A stretch of DNA of 64,000 bases from Burkholderiaceae bacterium (GCA_947450605.1 CANFWB010000004.1:1013-65012); one strand, 5' to 3'. Shown: positions 20,596 to 30,292, numbered from the stretch's first letter. Translations and numbers: made by a program. The notes: a model not told the origin generated them from the letters alone.

Positions 20596-20945
20596 TGATC
20601 CACCTCTGTAGGCTTGGAGCTTAAAAAGCGCACCACTATTGCGCTAGTGGCGATGGTCAGAATGACGCTCAGCACCAGAGCACTGACAATAGCCAGCGCA
20701 TTGGCTTTGAGTTGGGGAAGAAACAGCACCACCCCAACAGCTGCCGGTACAAATAAGAGGCCAAAGTACTGGCTGAAGCCATCGGCCACGCTGGCCAATT
20801 CTGGGTTAATCCCTTTGCGCAATACCAGCCAAATAATGAGTAGCACCAGGCCAATCACCGGGCCGGGCAAAGTAGGTAGGGCGAACTTAGAAATAAGCTC
20901 TCCCAGGCTTTGAAATAGAAGGATTTGGACGAGGCCGGAGATCAT
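20592..20945 (-). CDS. lrgA: CidA/LrgA family protein
   Basis: GE.....LP.PGPVIGL.LL, LLFVPAAVGV; overlaps lrgB. Confidence 0.9.
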   Translation of the reverse strand: MISGLVQILLFQSLGELISKFALPTLPGPVIGLVLLIIWLVLRKGINPELASVADGFSQYFGLLFVPAAVGVVLFLPQLKANALAIVSALVLSVILTIATSAIVVRFLSSKPTEVDQ

Positions 20946-21100
20946 GCCTTGATCTTACTGCTCAGCAATATTTGTTGCAATGCAATAAGTGAATTCTTGT
21001 TTAATATAAGCACAATAAAAGTAGGGTATAAAAATAACAATAGCTGGGGGCATTCTGAATGCAAGCGCCCTCAAATTAAAAAACCAAGAGGAGAACATAC

Positions 21101-21550
21101 ATGGCCGACTTAAACATCAACGGTAAGAAGTACAAGGTAGATGTTGATCCAGATACCCCATTGCTGTGGGTAATTCGGGAGCAAATTGGTCTTACTGGAA
21201 CTAAATATGGTTGCGGCATTGGTGCCTGTGGCGCTTGTACTGTTCTGTTCGAAGGCCAAGCAATGCGTAGCTGTGCGTTGCCAGTGTCTGCTGCTGAAGG
21301 CAAAAAAATTGAGACTATTGAAAGCCTAGAAAAGAATGGCCAACTCTCCAAGGTGCAAAAAGCTTGGGTCGATAATCAGGTGCCTCAATGTGGTTATTGC
21401 CAGTCTGGCATGGTCATGGCTACCACGGCTTTGTTGCGCAATACGCCAAAGCCTACCGATGCACAGATTGATGCCGCGGTGACCAATATCTGCCGTTGCG
21501 GAACCTTCCAGCAGGTGCGCCAAGCCATTCATGCTGTGATGAAGGCTTAA
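21101..21550 (+). CDS. IorA/CoxS-type 2x[2Fe-2S] subunit
   Basis: GCGIGACGAC...RSC and QCGYCQSG...CRC. Confidence 0.93.
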   Translation: MADLNINGKKYKVDVDPDTPLLWVIREQIGLTGTKYGCGIGACGACTVLFEGQAMRSCALPVSAAEGKKIETIESLEKNGQLSKVQKAWVDNQVPQCGYCQSGMVMATTALLRNTPKPTDAQIDAAVTNICRCGTFQQVRQAIHAVMKA

Positions 21551-21560
21551 GGAGAACAAG

Positions 21561-23780
21561 ATGACACTCAATACAACAAATCCTTCACGTAGAAGTTTCA
21601 TCGTTGGTTCAGCAGCAATCGCTACTGGACTGGCTATTGGCTTTGATTTCTTGGCCATGTCTGAAGCGCATGCCGCTATGGGCACTGGTACTACATCTAT
21701 GGCCCCACTGGCTTCACCAGAAATTGGTGTATGGGTGGTGGTGAAGCCCAACGACGATGTCGTGGTACGCATCGTGCGCTCTGAAATGGGCCAGGGCACC
21801 ATCACGGGTCTAGCCCAGATGGTTGCCGAAGAGTTGCAATGCGACTGGAAAAAAGTGTCTTATGAGTACCCAACCCCAGGGGAAAGTCTCAAGCGTAAGC
21901 AGGCTTGGGGTAGCTTCTCTACTGGTGGTAGCCGCGGTATTCGCACCTCTGAGCAGTATGTTCGTAAGGGTGGTGCAGCTGCTCGCATGATGTTGATTCA
22001 GGCGGCAGCCAAGGAGTGGAATGTGCCCGCTTCTGAGTGCGTTGCGCTCAATAGCATCATCACCCACACGCCATCGGGTCGCAAGACCAGCTTTGGTAAG
22101 GTGTCAGTTGCCGCATCTCAATTAGAAGTGCCCAAAGAGATTCCATTGAAGAATCCCAAGGATTGGACTTTGATTGGTAAACCGGTGAATCGTATCGACG
22201 GCACGGCTGATAAAGTGACTGGCCGTCAGATTTATGCGATCGATTTAAAGATGCCGGGTATGTTGGTTGCCAATATCCGACAGTCACCCGTCTTTGGTGG
22301 CAAAGTCAAAAGTTATGACGCCGCTAAGGCGCTGAGCATGAAGGGCGTCAAGAAAGTTGTCCCTGTGGGTGACTCTGCTGTTGCTGTTGTGGCGGATACT
22401 TTTTGGCAAGCCAAAACTGCGATGGATAACGTCAGTATCGTGTGGGATAGTGGTCCCAATGCCAATGTTTCGAGTGCATCCATTCGGAAGATGTTTGAAG
22501 AAGGCTTAAATGCGAGCGATACCTTCGTCCACAACACGAACGGTGACCATAAATCATCTATTGCTGGTGCAAGTAAAGTAATTCAAGCAACCTACTTTTA
22601 CCCATTCTTGAATCACGCTACTTTAGAGCCAATGAATGCCGCGGCTAAATGGACGCCAGAGCGTTGTGAAGCTTGGGTTCCTACGCAAGATGCTGAGGCC
22701 TCTTTGGCCGCAGTCATTGCCGCATCCGGTCTTCCGGCAGACAAGTGTGAAGTCTATAAGATCAATATTGGTGGTGGCTTTGGTCGCCGGGGCGCATTCC
22801 AAGACTACACAGAGCAAGCGGTGACGATTGCTAAACAGATGCCAGGTATTCCAATCAAATTAATCTGGACGCGTGAGGAGGATATGACGCAAGGTCGTTA
22901 TCACCCTGCAACCATGGCTAAGTTAACTGCGGCCATTGATGACAAGAAGCATGTGACTGCATTGAATATTCGCATCTCAGGCCAATCTATTTTGCATGCG
23001 GTACGCCCATTTATTCTGGAAGCCAATAAAGGAAAAGATCCAGCCGTATTCCAGGGTTATGACCCACAAGGTGAGCATGGCTTTGGTTATAGCTTCGACC
23101 ATTTGCATGTCGAACACGCGATGCGCAACACACACGTACCGCCGGGCTTCTGGCGTGGTGTGAACGTCAATCAAAACGCCATCTATATCGAAACATTTAT
23201 GGATGAATTGGCTGAAGCGGTAGGCATGGATGCAGTAGAGTTCCGTCTCAAGCATATGCAAAAGTACCCTCGCAATATTGCAGTGCTCAAGGCTGCTGCT
23301 AATGGTATCGGTTGGTCTAAGCCTGCTGCACCCGGCGTGCATCGTGGCATTGCCCAGATCAAGGCCTATGGTAGCTATGTTGCTGCGGCTTGCGAGCTAT
23401 CGGTGAAGAATGGCAATGAAGTCAAAATTCATCGGATTGTGGCGGTCACTGATCCAAGCTATGCAGTCAATCCTGCTCAGATTGAGCGCCAAGTGGCAGG
23501 TTCATTTGTATACGGACTCTCCGCACTTTTCGAGGAGGAAATTACCATCGAGAAAGGTGCCGTTGTGCAGAAGAACTTTGATACCTTCAATTCGATTCGT
23601 TTATCGCAAATGCCCAAAGTGGAAACCATCTTGATTGAGGGTGGCGGAACAGAGTGGGGTGGTGTTGGCGAGCCTACGATTGCAGTAGCTGCGCCAGCAG
23701 TATTGAATGCACTCTATCGTGCTACTGGCAAACGATACCGAGATGTGCCACTCAAAAACAGTGGCCTGAAGTTGGTATAA
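21561..23780 (+). CDS. IorB-type xanthine-oxidase-family molybdopterin subunit with Tat signal
   Basis: SRRSFIV, SEMGQG, TGGS, HATLEP, GGGFGRR, WRGV, GGVGEP. Confidence 0.92.
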   Translation: MTLNTTNPSRRSFIVGSAAIATGLAIGFDFLAMSEAHAAMGTGTTSMAPLASPEIGVWVVVKPNDDVVVRIVRSEMGQGTITGLAQMVAEELQCDWKKVSYEYPTPGESLKRKQAWGSFSTGGSRGIRTSEQYVRKGGAAARMMLIQAAAKEWNVPASECVALNSIITHTPSGRKTSFGKVSVAASQLEVPKEIPLKNPKDWTLIGKPVNRIDGTADKVTGRQIYAIDLKMPGMLVANIRQSPVFGGKVKSYDAAKALSMKGVKKVVPVGDSAVAVVADTFWQAKTAMDNVSIVWDSGPNANVSSASIRKMFEEGLNASDTFVHNTNGDHKSSIAGASKVIQATYFYPFLNHATLEPMNAAAKWTPERCEAWVPTQDAEASLAAVIAASGLPADKCEVYKINIGGGFGRRGAFQDYTEQAVTIAKQMPGIPIKLIWTREEDMTQGRYHPATMAKLTAAIDDKKHVTALNIRISGQSILHAVRPFILEANKGKDPAVFQGYDPQGEHGFGYSFDHLHVEHAMRNTHVPPGFWRGVNVNQNAIYIETFMDELAEAVGMDAVEFRLKHMQKYPRNIAVLKAAANGIGWSKPAAPGVHRGIAQIKAYGSYVAAACELSVKNGNEVKIHRIVAVTDPSYAVNPAQIERQVAGSFVYGLSALFEEEITIEKGAVVQKNFDTFNSIRLSQMPKVETILIEGGGTEWGGVGEPTIAVAAPAVLNALYRATGKRYRDVPLKNSGLKLV

Positions 23781-23810
23781 ATCCGAGTTGATGGGATTGG
23801 GTAAGAGGTA

Positions 23811-24260
23811 ATGAGAAACATACTGGTAGCGGTATTACTAGGAATGTCGATCTTAGCTCTTGCTAAGCAAGTCCAAGCGCAAACCTGGTCAGGGGATTCC
23901 ATTGTGAATCCCCTGACTGCTTCTCCCGGGGATGCAGCTAAGGGTCGAATGATTGTTGCGAGTCGTCAAACAGGTTTATGTCTACTTTGTCATAGCGGAC
24001 CTTTTCCAGGGGAGCGCTTTCAGGGAAACTTGGCGCCAGATATCGGGATTAGTGTCGGGCACTTAAGCGAGGCGCAATTGCGAGCCAGAATAGTAGATCC
24101 CAGTCGCTTTAATGCCGGCACCATCATGCCTTCTTATTACCGCACTGAAGGGTTCAATCGTGTGGCCCCCAAGTTAGCAGGCCAATCCATACTCAGCGGG
24201 CAAGAGATTGAGGATGTCGTGGCTTTTCTGGTCAGTCTTAAGGCAAGCGCTCTTCAATGA
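23811..24260 (+). CDS. soxX: SoxX-type monoheme cytochrome c
   Basis: Signal peptide; GDAAKG, CLLCH, GN.APD, TIMPSY. Confidence 0.88.
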   Translation: MRNILVAVLLGMSILALAKQVQAQTWSGDSIVNPLTASPGDAAKGRMIVASRQTGLCLLCHSGPFPGERFQGNLAPDIGISVGHLSEAQLRARIVDPSRFNAGTIMPSYYRTEGFNRVAPKLAGQSILSGQEIEDVVAFLVSLKASALQ

Positions 24261-24276
24261 AATACAAAACACCACT

Positions 24277-24762
24277 ATGACTTCATTTAAAGCAAATTCC
24301 ATCCCTCCCAATCTGACTCGAAGACTGTATTTATCTGCGCTGGGCATATTGGGTTTGTCGAGTTGGCTTACCCCGCTCTCGGCAGGCGCCAAGCAGCCCG
24401 AGGCAATGGAGGCGATTGCAAAGATCGTGGGTTCAAATACTATTCGGGATGGACGGGTCAAGCTCGTGATTCCGCCATTGGTGGAGAGTGGTAATTTAGT
24501 GGTGCTCAAAGTGGCTATCGAGAGCCCAATGACTGCGAGTGACTATGTCAAGGCGGTCCACATTATTTCTGAGGGCAATCCATTGCCTAATATTTTTACA
24601 GCGTATTTCACGCCGCGCTCAGGTCGTGCGGATATTACCACTCGGGTCAGGTTGGCTGATTCTCAGCGGGTATGGGCGATTGCATACATGAGTGATGGAG
24701 CTTATTGGCAAGGCCATGCTGATACCTTAGTCACCTTGTCTGCTTGTACGGAGTCCGTATGA
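24277..24762 (+). CDS. soxY: SoxY paralogue with non-canonical Cys arm (VTLSACTESV)
   Basis: Tat-like TRRLYL; P.LVESGN.V, NPLP, TRVRLA.SQ; C-terminus is SACTE instead of GGCGG. Confidence 0.85.
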   Translation: MTSFKANSIPPNLTRRLYLSALGILGLSSWLTPLSAGAKQPEAMEAIAKIVGSNTIRDGRVKLVIPPLVESGNLVVLKVAIESPMTASDYVKAVHIISEGNPLPNIFTAYFTPRSGRADITTRVRLADSQRVWAIAYMSDGAYWQGHADTLVTLSACTESV

Positions 24763-25088
24763 GTAAGACTTCTCGCACCGGCATTACTGCCCCCGCGAAC
24801 GCAAAGAAGGATTCCATGATTGAGATCCGAGCGATTGCGCAACATGACATGGAAACCGGTTTTCGATACACGGAGGATGGCAAGCGCATTCCGCGAGACA
24901 TTATTCGTTTGTTTACTTGCCGCTATAACGGTGAAGAAGTGTTTAGGGCGGATTTTTACCCAGGCATTGGTGCGAATCCCCTCATTATTTTTACTACGAT
25001 TGCAGTCGCATCGGGCACGATTGAGTGCAAGTGGACCGGTGATGATGGCTATGAAGCTGTCAATCAAGTCAAAATTACTGTCTCGTGA
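24759..25088 (+). CDS. soxZ: SoxZ sulfur-carrier partner
   Basis: HDMETGFR....GKRIPR, GIGANP, W.GD; ATGA overlap with soxY. Confidence 0.9.
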   Translation: MSKTSRTGITAPANAKKDSMIEIRAIAQHDMETGFRYTEDGKRIPRDIIRLFTCRYNGEEVFRADFYPGIGANPLIIFTTIAVASGTIECKWTGDDGYEAVNQVKITVS

Positions 25089-25870
25089 ACGCTGTGTCAT
25101 TCTGCAAGCAGGGGCTGTTGATATTGCTTGCACTCGTGACGACACACGTCACACTTGCGGCTGACATGTCAAAAGACAGTCGCCAATCAAGTTATCAATT
25201 GATGACGGCTGAGAATCAAGCCATGCAAGACGATCCCAATTTAAATCCTGCGCTGTTTTGGGTGATGGATGGTCACAGTCTCTGGAAAGAAAAGACGGGT
25301 AATAAAAACATCTCATGTGCATCTTGTCATGGTGATTCTGGAAAAAAGATGATCGGTGTTGCCGCCCAATTTCCTAAAGTGATCAGGGGAAAACTGCAAA
25401 CTGTTGAGGGGCAAATTAATCAATGCCGTTCAGCGCAACAAGAAGCTCCAGCGCTAGCCTATGAAAGTAAAGCGCTCTTGGCTTTAACCACTTTTGTGGC
25501 AACCCAGTCCAAGGGAATGCCGATTGCGATTCAAAAAACAGCTCAGAACGCTAAAGACCTGCAACAGGGAGAGCGGTTTTTCAATGAAAGAATGGGGCAA
25601 CTGAATTTATCCTGTGCGCAATGCCATCAAGATCGTGCTGGCTTGAAATTGGGCGGTAGCCTGATTCCGCAAGGACATCCTACGGCTTACCCAATTTACC
25701 GTATTGAGTGGCAAACCATGGGCTCTTTGCAAAGGCGTCTACGGAATTGCATGAGTGGAGTACGAGCTAAGCAGTTTGAGTATGGCTCTACCGAAATGGC
25801 CCAGCTAGAGCTCTATCTTATGTGGCGAGCCAGAGGAATGCCCCTGGAAACTCCAGGGGTGAGGCCTTAA
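25085..25870 (+). CDS. soxA: SoxA diheme cytochrome c
   Basis: DD..NP, CASCH, IN.CR, GQLNLSCAQCH, YPIYR..WQ..GSLQRRLRNC, P.VRP. Confidence 0.92.
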   Translation: MNAVSFCKQGLLILLALVTTHVTLAADMSKDSRQSSYQLMTAENQAMQDDPNLNPALFWVMDGHSLWKEKTGNKNISCASCHGDSGKKMIGVAAQFPKVIRGKLQTVEGQINQCRSAQQEAPALAYESKALLALTTFVATQSKGMPIAIQKTAQNAKDLQQGERFFNERMGQLNLSCAQCHQDRAGLKLGGSLIPQGHPTAYPIYRIEWQTMGSLQRRLRNCMSGVRAKQFEYGSTEMAQLELYLMWRARGMPLETPGVRP

Positions 25871-25879
25871 AGATTCAGA

Positions 25880-26734
25880 TTAATCTGAGAACACTACCGA
25901 AGTAGCGCCATTAATTAATACGCGATCATGTAAGTAGTAGCGAAGGGCGCGCGACAGAACGGTGCGCTCCAAGTCACGACCTTTGCGAACCAAGTCTTCT
26001 GGTGTATCACCATGCGTTACGCGTGTCACGTCTTGCTCAATGATTGGACCTTCATCGAGATCGCTAGTCACAAAGTGGGCGGTAGCGCCAATGAGCTTAA
26101 TGCCACGAGCATGCGCTTGATGGTATGGCTTAGCGCCTTTGAAGCTAGGCAGGAAAGAGTGGTGAACGTTAATGCAGCGTCCCGATAATTGCGTAGACAA
26201 ATCATCTGAAAGAATTTGCATATAGCGTGCCAAGATCACCATGTCTACTTTGGAGTCTGCAACGATTTCTAGCAACTTGGCTTCTTGGATGGCTTTAGTC
26301 TCTGGAGTAACGGGCAGGTGATAAAACGGAATATCGGCAAAATCAATGCTGGCATATACCTCGCGCGGATGATTGGATACAATCCCGCAAATAATCATCG
26401 GCAATTCGCCGATGCGCCAGCGATAAAGTAGATCCACCAGGCAATGATCTAGCTTCGATGCCATGATCAACACGCGCTTTAAATCTTTAACGGCACGCAA
26501 GTCCCAAGTGAGATCAAAGCGTTCAGCAATCCCCACAAAGCCTGCTTTGAGAGTGGTGGTGTCGGTATTGCAGCTAAAGCTGACGCGCATGAAGAAGCGC
26601 TTAGAGGCCTTGTCATCGAATTGTTGGGCTTCTTCGATATCACCACCTAATTCAAAGATATAGGTTGATACTGCGGCAACAATACCCGGGCGGTTGGGGC
26701 AGGTCAGTGTGAGGTAGTAATTTTCTGTATTCAT
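25880..26734 (-). CDS. purU: Formyltetrahydrofolate deformylase
   Basis: ACT domain CP.RPGIVAAV; LARYMQILS, INVHHSFLPSF.GA.PYHQA, DEGPIIEQ. Confidence 0.96.
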   Translation of the reverse strand: MNTENYYLTLTCPNRPGIVAAVSTYIFELGGDIEEAQQFDDKASKRFFMRVSFSCNTDTTTLKAGFVGIAERFDLTWDLRAVKDLKRVLIMASKLDHCLVDLLYRWRIGELPMIICGIVSNHPREVYASIDFADIPFYHLPVTPETKAIQEAKLLEIVADSKVDMVILARYMQILSDDLSTQLSGRCINVHHSFLPSFKGAKPYHQAHARGIKLIGATAHFVTSDLDEGPIIEQDVTRVTHGDTPEDLVRKGRDLERTVLSRALRYYLHDRVLINGATSVVFSD

Positions 26735-26786
26735 GGCTTTAGTAGGAGAAAAGATGGCTGGTTAAGCCTAATTTTAGACTGCTTAT

Positions 26787-27194
26787 CTATTGCTGGGCTT
26801 TGGGTGCCACAATATCCGCTGGCCCTAGATAGGATTCGCTCCGATCTTTTACGGTAGGCAAGGGGATATCTACGCAAATGGGTTTTGGTCCCAAGGCATT
26901 CAGAAAGTTGCAATCTTGCTTAGTGGCCGCCGAGGCAGCATGTTCTAAGGGCGATTTACCGGTGGTTGCAGTCGAGACAGCGCTAGCTGCGGTGGTGGGG
27001 TTGGCTACTGCTACCGAGACGGCTGCCGTGCCTGCTGAGCTCGCTGCGGTGGTAGCCGAGCTTCCTAATGCCAGTAAGGGCGCCGCGCAGCCAGTCAGGT
27101 TGAAGCAGAGGGCTAAGCTGCCCAGGGCGGTGCCTGAATAAAACAAAAAAGCAGACCAGCCCGATGGGTTTGGTCTGCCTTGGTAGGGCGTCAA
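26787..27194 (-). CDS. Putative lipoprotein, Ala/Ser/Thr-rich
   Basis: Lipobox LTGC after a hydrophobic stretch; start uncertain (TTG at 27194 avoids overlap with the upstream gene). Confidence 0.6.
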   Translation of the reverse strand: MTPYQGRPNPSGWSAFLFYSGTALGSLALCFNLTGCAAPLLALGSSATTAASSAGTAAVSVAVANPTTAASAVSTATTGKSPLEHAASAATKQDCNFLNALGPKPICVDIPLPTVKDRSESYLGPADIVAPKAQQ

Positions 27195-27204
27195 GACGAT
27201 GGGT

Positions 27205-27615
27205 TTATTTGCGTTGGCAAACAACGTTAAAGACTCCAGCCGCCCAAGATTCGTTGACAACAGGCTCGAATTCGCTTTTTGGGGTTTTGTTATCAGACAC
27301 TACCTTGCCAGAACCTTTATTGCCAGAAAACTCTTTGTATTCAATCGGGCGGTAGCTGATAGCAGGGCAGTTGTATTCATTAATGCCGATGATGGAGTTG
27401 ATCGTTTGTTTTGTCTTTGGGTTCACGCCCGGCTTTTTAAAATCCAACATTGACATGACTTGTGCTTTTTCACCCACATCACTAATGGTGTCTAGATCTA
27501 CATAAACCACCATGACCTCATTTGCTCCCAACTCTTTCCAAGCAGCAAAGCTATTAGAAATCGGCAGCAGGGTGAGGGCGGCAAAGATGCTGAGTGCGTA
27601 TTTTGTTTTCATCAT
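27205..27615 (-). CDS. Exported hypothetical protein (surface-adhesin-E-like)
   Basis: Signal peptide ending SFA-AW; YVD..TI, EYNC, GSGKVV, C-terminal VC. Confidence 0.65.
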   Translation of the reverse strand: MMKTKYALSIFAALTLLPISNSFAAWKELGANEVMVVYVDLDTISDVGEKAQVMSMLDFKKPGVNPKTKQTINSIIGINEYNCPAISYRPIEYKEFSGNKGSGKVVSDNKTPKSEFEPVVNESWAAGVFNVVCQRK

Positions 27616-27693
27616 AGGTAGCATTGTGGACATGGTTATTAAAGTAGTTTGAGCCCTTTTGGGGCTTGTAAGAATCATTCTAAACGCCCCGGC

Positions 27694-30159
27694 TTATTTT
27701 TCCTTAATACTCAAGTCCAGCTGTCGGTTTACTTTTTCAGGCTTCATTTGCAGGGGAAGGTATGCATTTTGGGCCCAGAGTGCGCTCATATTGCGGTAAA
27801 GCTTGCTCTGTACCCAGCCGGATTGCCCAGTTTGATAAATAAAGAGGGATTGCTCTAAGTCGGAGAGGTCGTAGAGGGCGCGTAGGCTAGGCGCTTGTTT
27901 GGTCTCAAAGGGGTTATCGGCCCTGAGGAGTTCAAGTCTTCCCACATTAATGGAAAAGCTATCCCCCGGAAACGGCTGCGTCAAATTAAAGAGACTTCCT
28001 AATAGAGGAACTTTACTCAAAGGGCGATGCTCTGAGACTGCGATATGCGCATTCCCCCAAGCCCAGTTTTTGGGATTGCTACCCAATTGCGCCTTTAGTT
28101 GTTCTAGTGCTTTATCCAATGCAGTATTGGAGGCATCAGCACAGCTCTCGATTTGCTCAGTTTGAGGATCATTGCACCATGGGCTATTGGGGTTTTGCAA
28201 TTGCAGAATGAGGGCGTGCCTAAAGCTCCGTGCGCCATAATTTTCTGTGAACAAGTGGCCTAAACGAGAAAAGAGCTGGCGAGTGAGTTGATCGGCCCAA
28301 GCATTAAAAATGAGGGCGCCAGTGCTGTCTACTTTCATATTCCCATCAAAGTTTCTGATGGGCTCGAAGACTTGCTGAGCCAAAGGATGTTTTGACTGGG
28401 CAGATTTAAACAAGTCCAATAATGGGGTAGCACCCAAAGAGAGGGTGTCTGCCTGCATCGATTTCATAGAGGCAAGATCATGGCTTGATTTGCCTTTAAT
28501 TAGATCCACGATTCTGTCGTAGCGGGTTGGCAACTCCCAGTCACCAGTTAATGGATTGGGATCATTGCCCGCTATTATTTTTTGATTAGCGGTAGCAATC
28601 CAGTTGGAATCAGGATTATTGCTATTGGGCAATTGCTCGAACGGGACATAGCCGGCCCAGTCATACCGCCTCTCCCAGCCTAGCGCTGGCGCCACTCCAT
28701 AGAGGCCTTGATGAAGGGCGCGTTTAGGTGCAACGCCTGCAGCCTGAAAAGCAATATTGCCTTCGACATCTGCCATCACCACGTTTTGCATCGGCGCATA
28801 GTTTTTACGAAGCGCTTGCTTGAAGCCATCTAAATCTTTAGCGTGATTCATATCCAGCAGACCGGCGACAGATTGATTCTCCACATCTAGGGCAGTCCAG
28901 CGCAGTGCCAAGACAAAGCGATCGGTATCAATTGCTCTTTTAGCACGTGCATACGATTCAGAAATGACAGGTCCGTGGCGTGTTTCTTTGACTAAAAAAC
29001 GCAGCGGGGGTTCGCCCTTGATGTCGATGATTTCTTGGCGAACCTGAAAGGGAAGTGGGCCCTCTGGTCCACGATAGACGCCTGGATGTTTGGGGTCCAG
29101 CTGTTCAATATATAAATCTTGAACGTCTGGTCCAGTATTGGTGAAACTCCAGGCAAACTTATCCGTCCTGCCCAAGACTACCGCCGGAATACCGGGAAGG
29201 GTGGCGCCAATCACATTGAGGCCTGGCGCCTCTAGGTGAGCCATATACCAAATGGCAGGGGCAGAGAGACCGAGGTGAGGATCGTTTGCCAGCAAGGGCT
29301 TGCCAGATGCCGTTAGCTTGCCATTTAATGCCCAATTATTGGAGCCGATACCGTCTTTCCCACCCAGAACATCATTCATAGCCAATTCAGTGGCAGGAAG
29401 TGTCTTAGACTTTCGATCCCTTGTCGGTGGGTTTGGATTGAAGACGTTGATGTCGCGATACATCTTGGCAAAGTCGACATTGCTCACTGGCTCGCCTGGG
29501 GTATAGGCTGGCATCACTTCCCAGACTTGCTGCGTCGTTAAGAATTGCGATAACTCCAGACGTTGTAATTCTTGATGCCAATTTCCGCCAAGATCCAATG
29601 CCATCATCAGCATCCATGCCACGCTGTCAGTTGGCGACCAATGCCCTGGCTTCGATCCAGTTAAAAAATATTCAATAGGAAGCGCCCAGCCTAGATGGGC
29701 ATTACCGGCATTGACGCCATCTGCATAGGATTGCAGTAATCGTTTGGTGGCAATAGGGTAGCGATCAAATTGCTTTTCAGCCGCATGCTTAATACCCAAT
29801 GTACGAATAAAGCGATCGATCGAGACCGTTTCTTTTCCCAGGATTTCAGAGAGTCGGCCACTCGCTAGTCGACGATTCACTTCCATTTGCCAGGAGCGCT
29901 CACTAGCATGTAAGTAGCCCAAGGCAAACAGTGCATCACTGGAGCTCTTTGCCTGAATGTGGGGGATGTCACTCTCGTCAAAAGTAATGGCAACGGAGTC
30001 GCCTAAACTTTTAATTACCCGCTTGCCAGAAAGATTGGTATGGGCTGAGATCAGGTAGATGATTCCGGCGGCAATGCCCAAGACGAGAAGGGTTGAACCG
30101 AGCCAAAGGGTGCCCTTAAAGAGGCTTTTAAGACCTGAGCCTGGGGTAGGAATTTTCAT
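27694..30159 (-). CDS. Penicillin acylase family Ntn-hydrolase
   Basis: IPHI, RSWQME..RR...GRLSE, GSNNW, LLANDPHL, ETRHGP. Confidence 0.92.
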   Translation of the reverse strand: MKIPTPGSGLKSLFKGTLWLGSTLLVLGIAAGIIYLISAHTNLSGKRVIKSLGDSVAITFDESDIPHIQAKSSSDALFALGYLHASERSWQMEVNRRLASGRLSEILGKETVSIDRFIRTLGIKHAAEKQFDRYPIATKRLLQSYADGVNAGNAHLGWALPIEYFLTGSKPGHWSPTDSVAWMLMMALDLGGNWHQELQRLELSQFLTTQQVWEVMPAYTPGEPVSNVDFAKMYRDINVFNPNPPTRDRKSKTLPATELAMNDVLGGKDGIGSNNWALNGKLTASGKPLLANDPHLGLSAPAIWYMAHLEAPGLNVIGATLPGIPAVVLGRTDKFAWSFTNTGPDVQDLYIEQLDPKHPGVYRGPEGPLPFQVRQEIIDIKGEPPLRFLVKETRHGPVISESYARAKRAIDTDRFVLALRWTALDVENQSVAGLLDMNHAKDLDGFKQALRKNYAPMQNVVMADVEGNIAFQAAGVAPKRALHQGLYGVAPALGWERRYDWAGYVPFEQLPNSNNPDSNWIATANQKIIAGNDPNPLTGDWELPTRYDRIVDLIKGKSSHDLASMKSMQADTLSLGATPLLDLFKSAQSKHPLAQQVFEPIRNFDGNMKVDSTGALIFNAWADQLTRQLFSRLGHLFTENYGARSFRHALILQLQNPNSPWCNDPQTEQIESCADASNTALDKALEQLKAQLGSNPKNWAWGNAHIAVSEHRPLSKVPLLGSLFNLTQPFPGDSFSINVGRLELLRADNPFETKQAPSLRALYDLSDLEQSLFIYQTGQSGWVQSKLYRNMSALWAQNAYLPLQMKPEKVNRQLDLSIKEK

Positions 30160-30292
30160 GGGAATAGTTTAGTAGGTTTGCCTCAGATGTAGCCGAACCT
30201 AGATGAAAACAGGCTTCCCGTCACCATTGGGTCTCGCATGCTAAAATTTTGACTGTCTTGATTTATTTAGTGCGGCTTTATTGCGCGTGCGA

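Noticed and set aside
19870-20945. lrgAB as a phage lysis (holin) cassette
   Set aside because: No endolysin or phage genes nearby; the context is metabolic.
23811-25870. Canonical thiosulfate-oxidising sox cluster
   Set aside because: No soxB/C/D nearby, SoxY lacks GGCGG, and the genes are operonic with iorAB.
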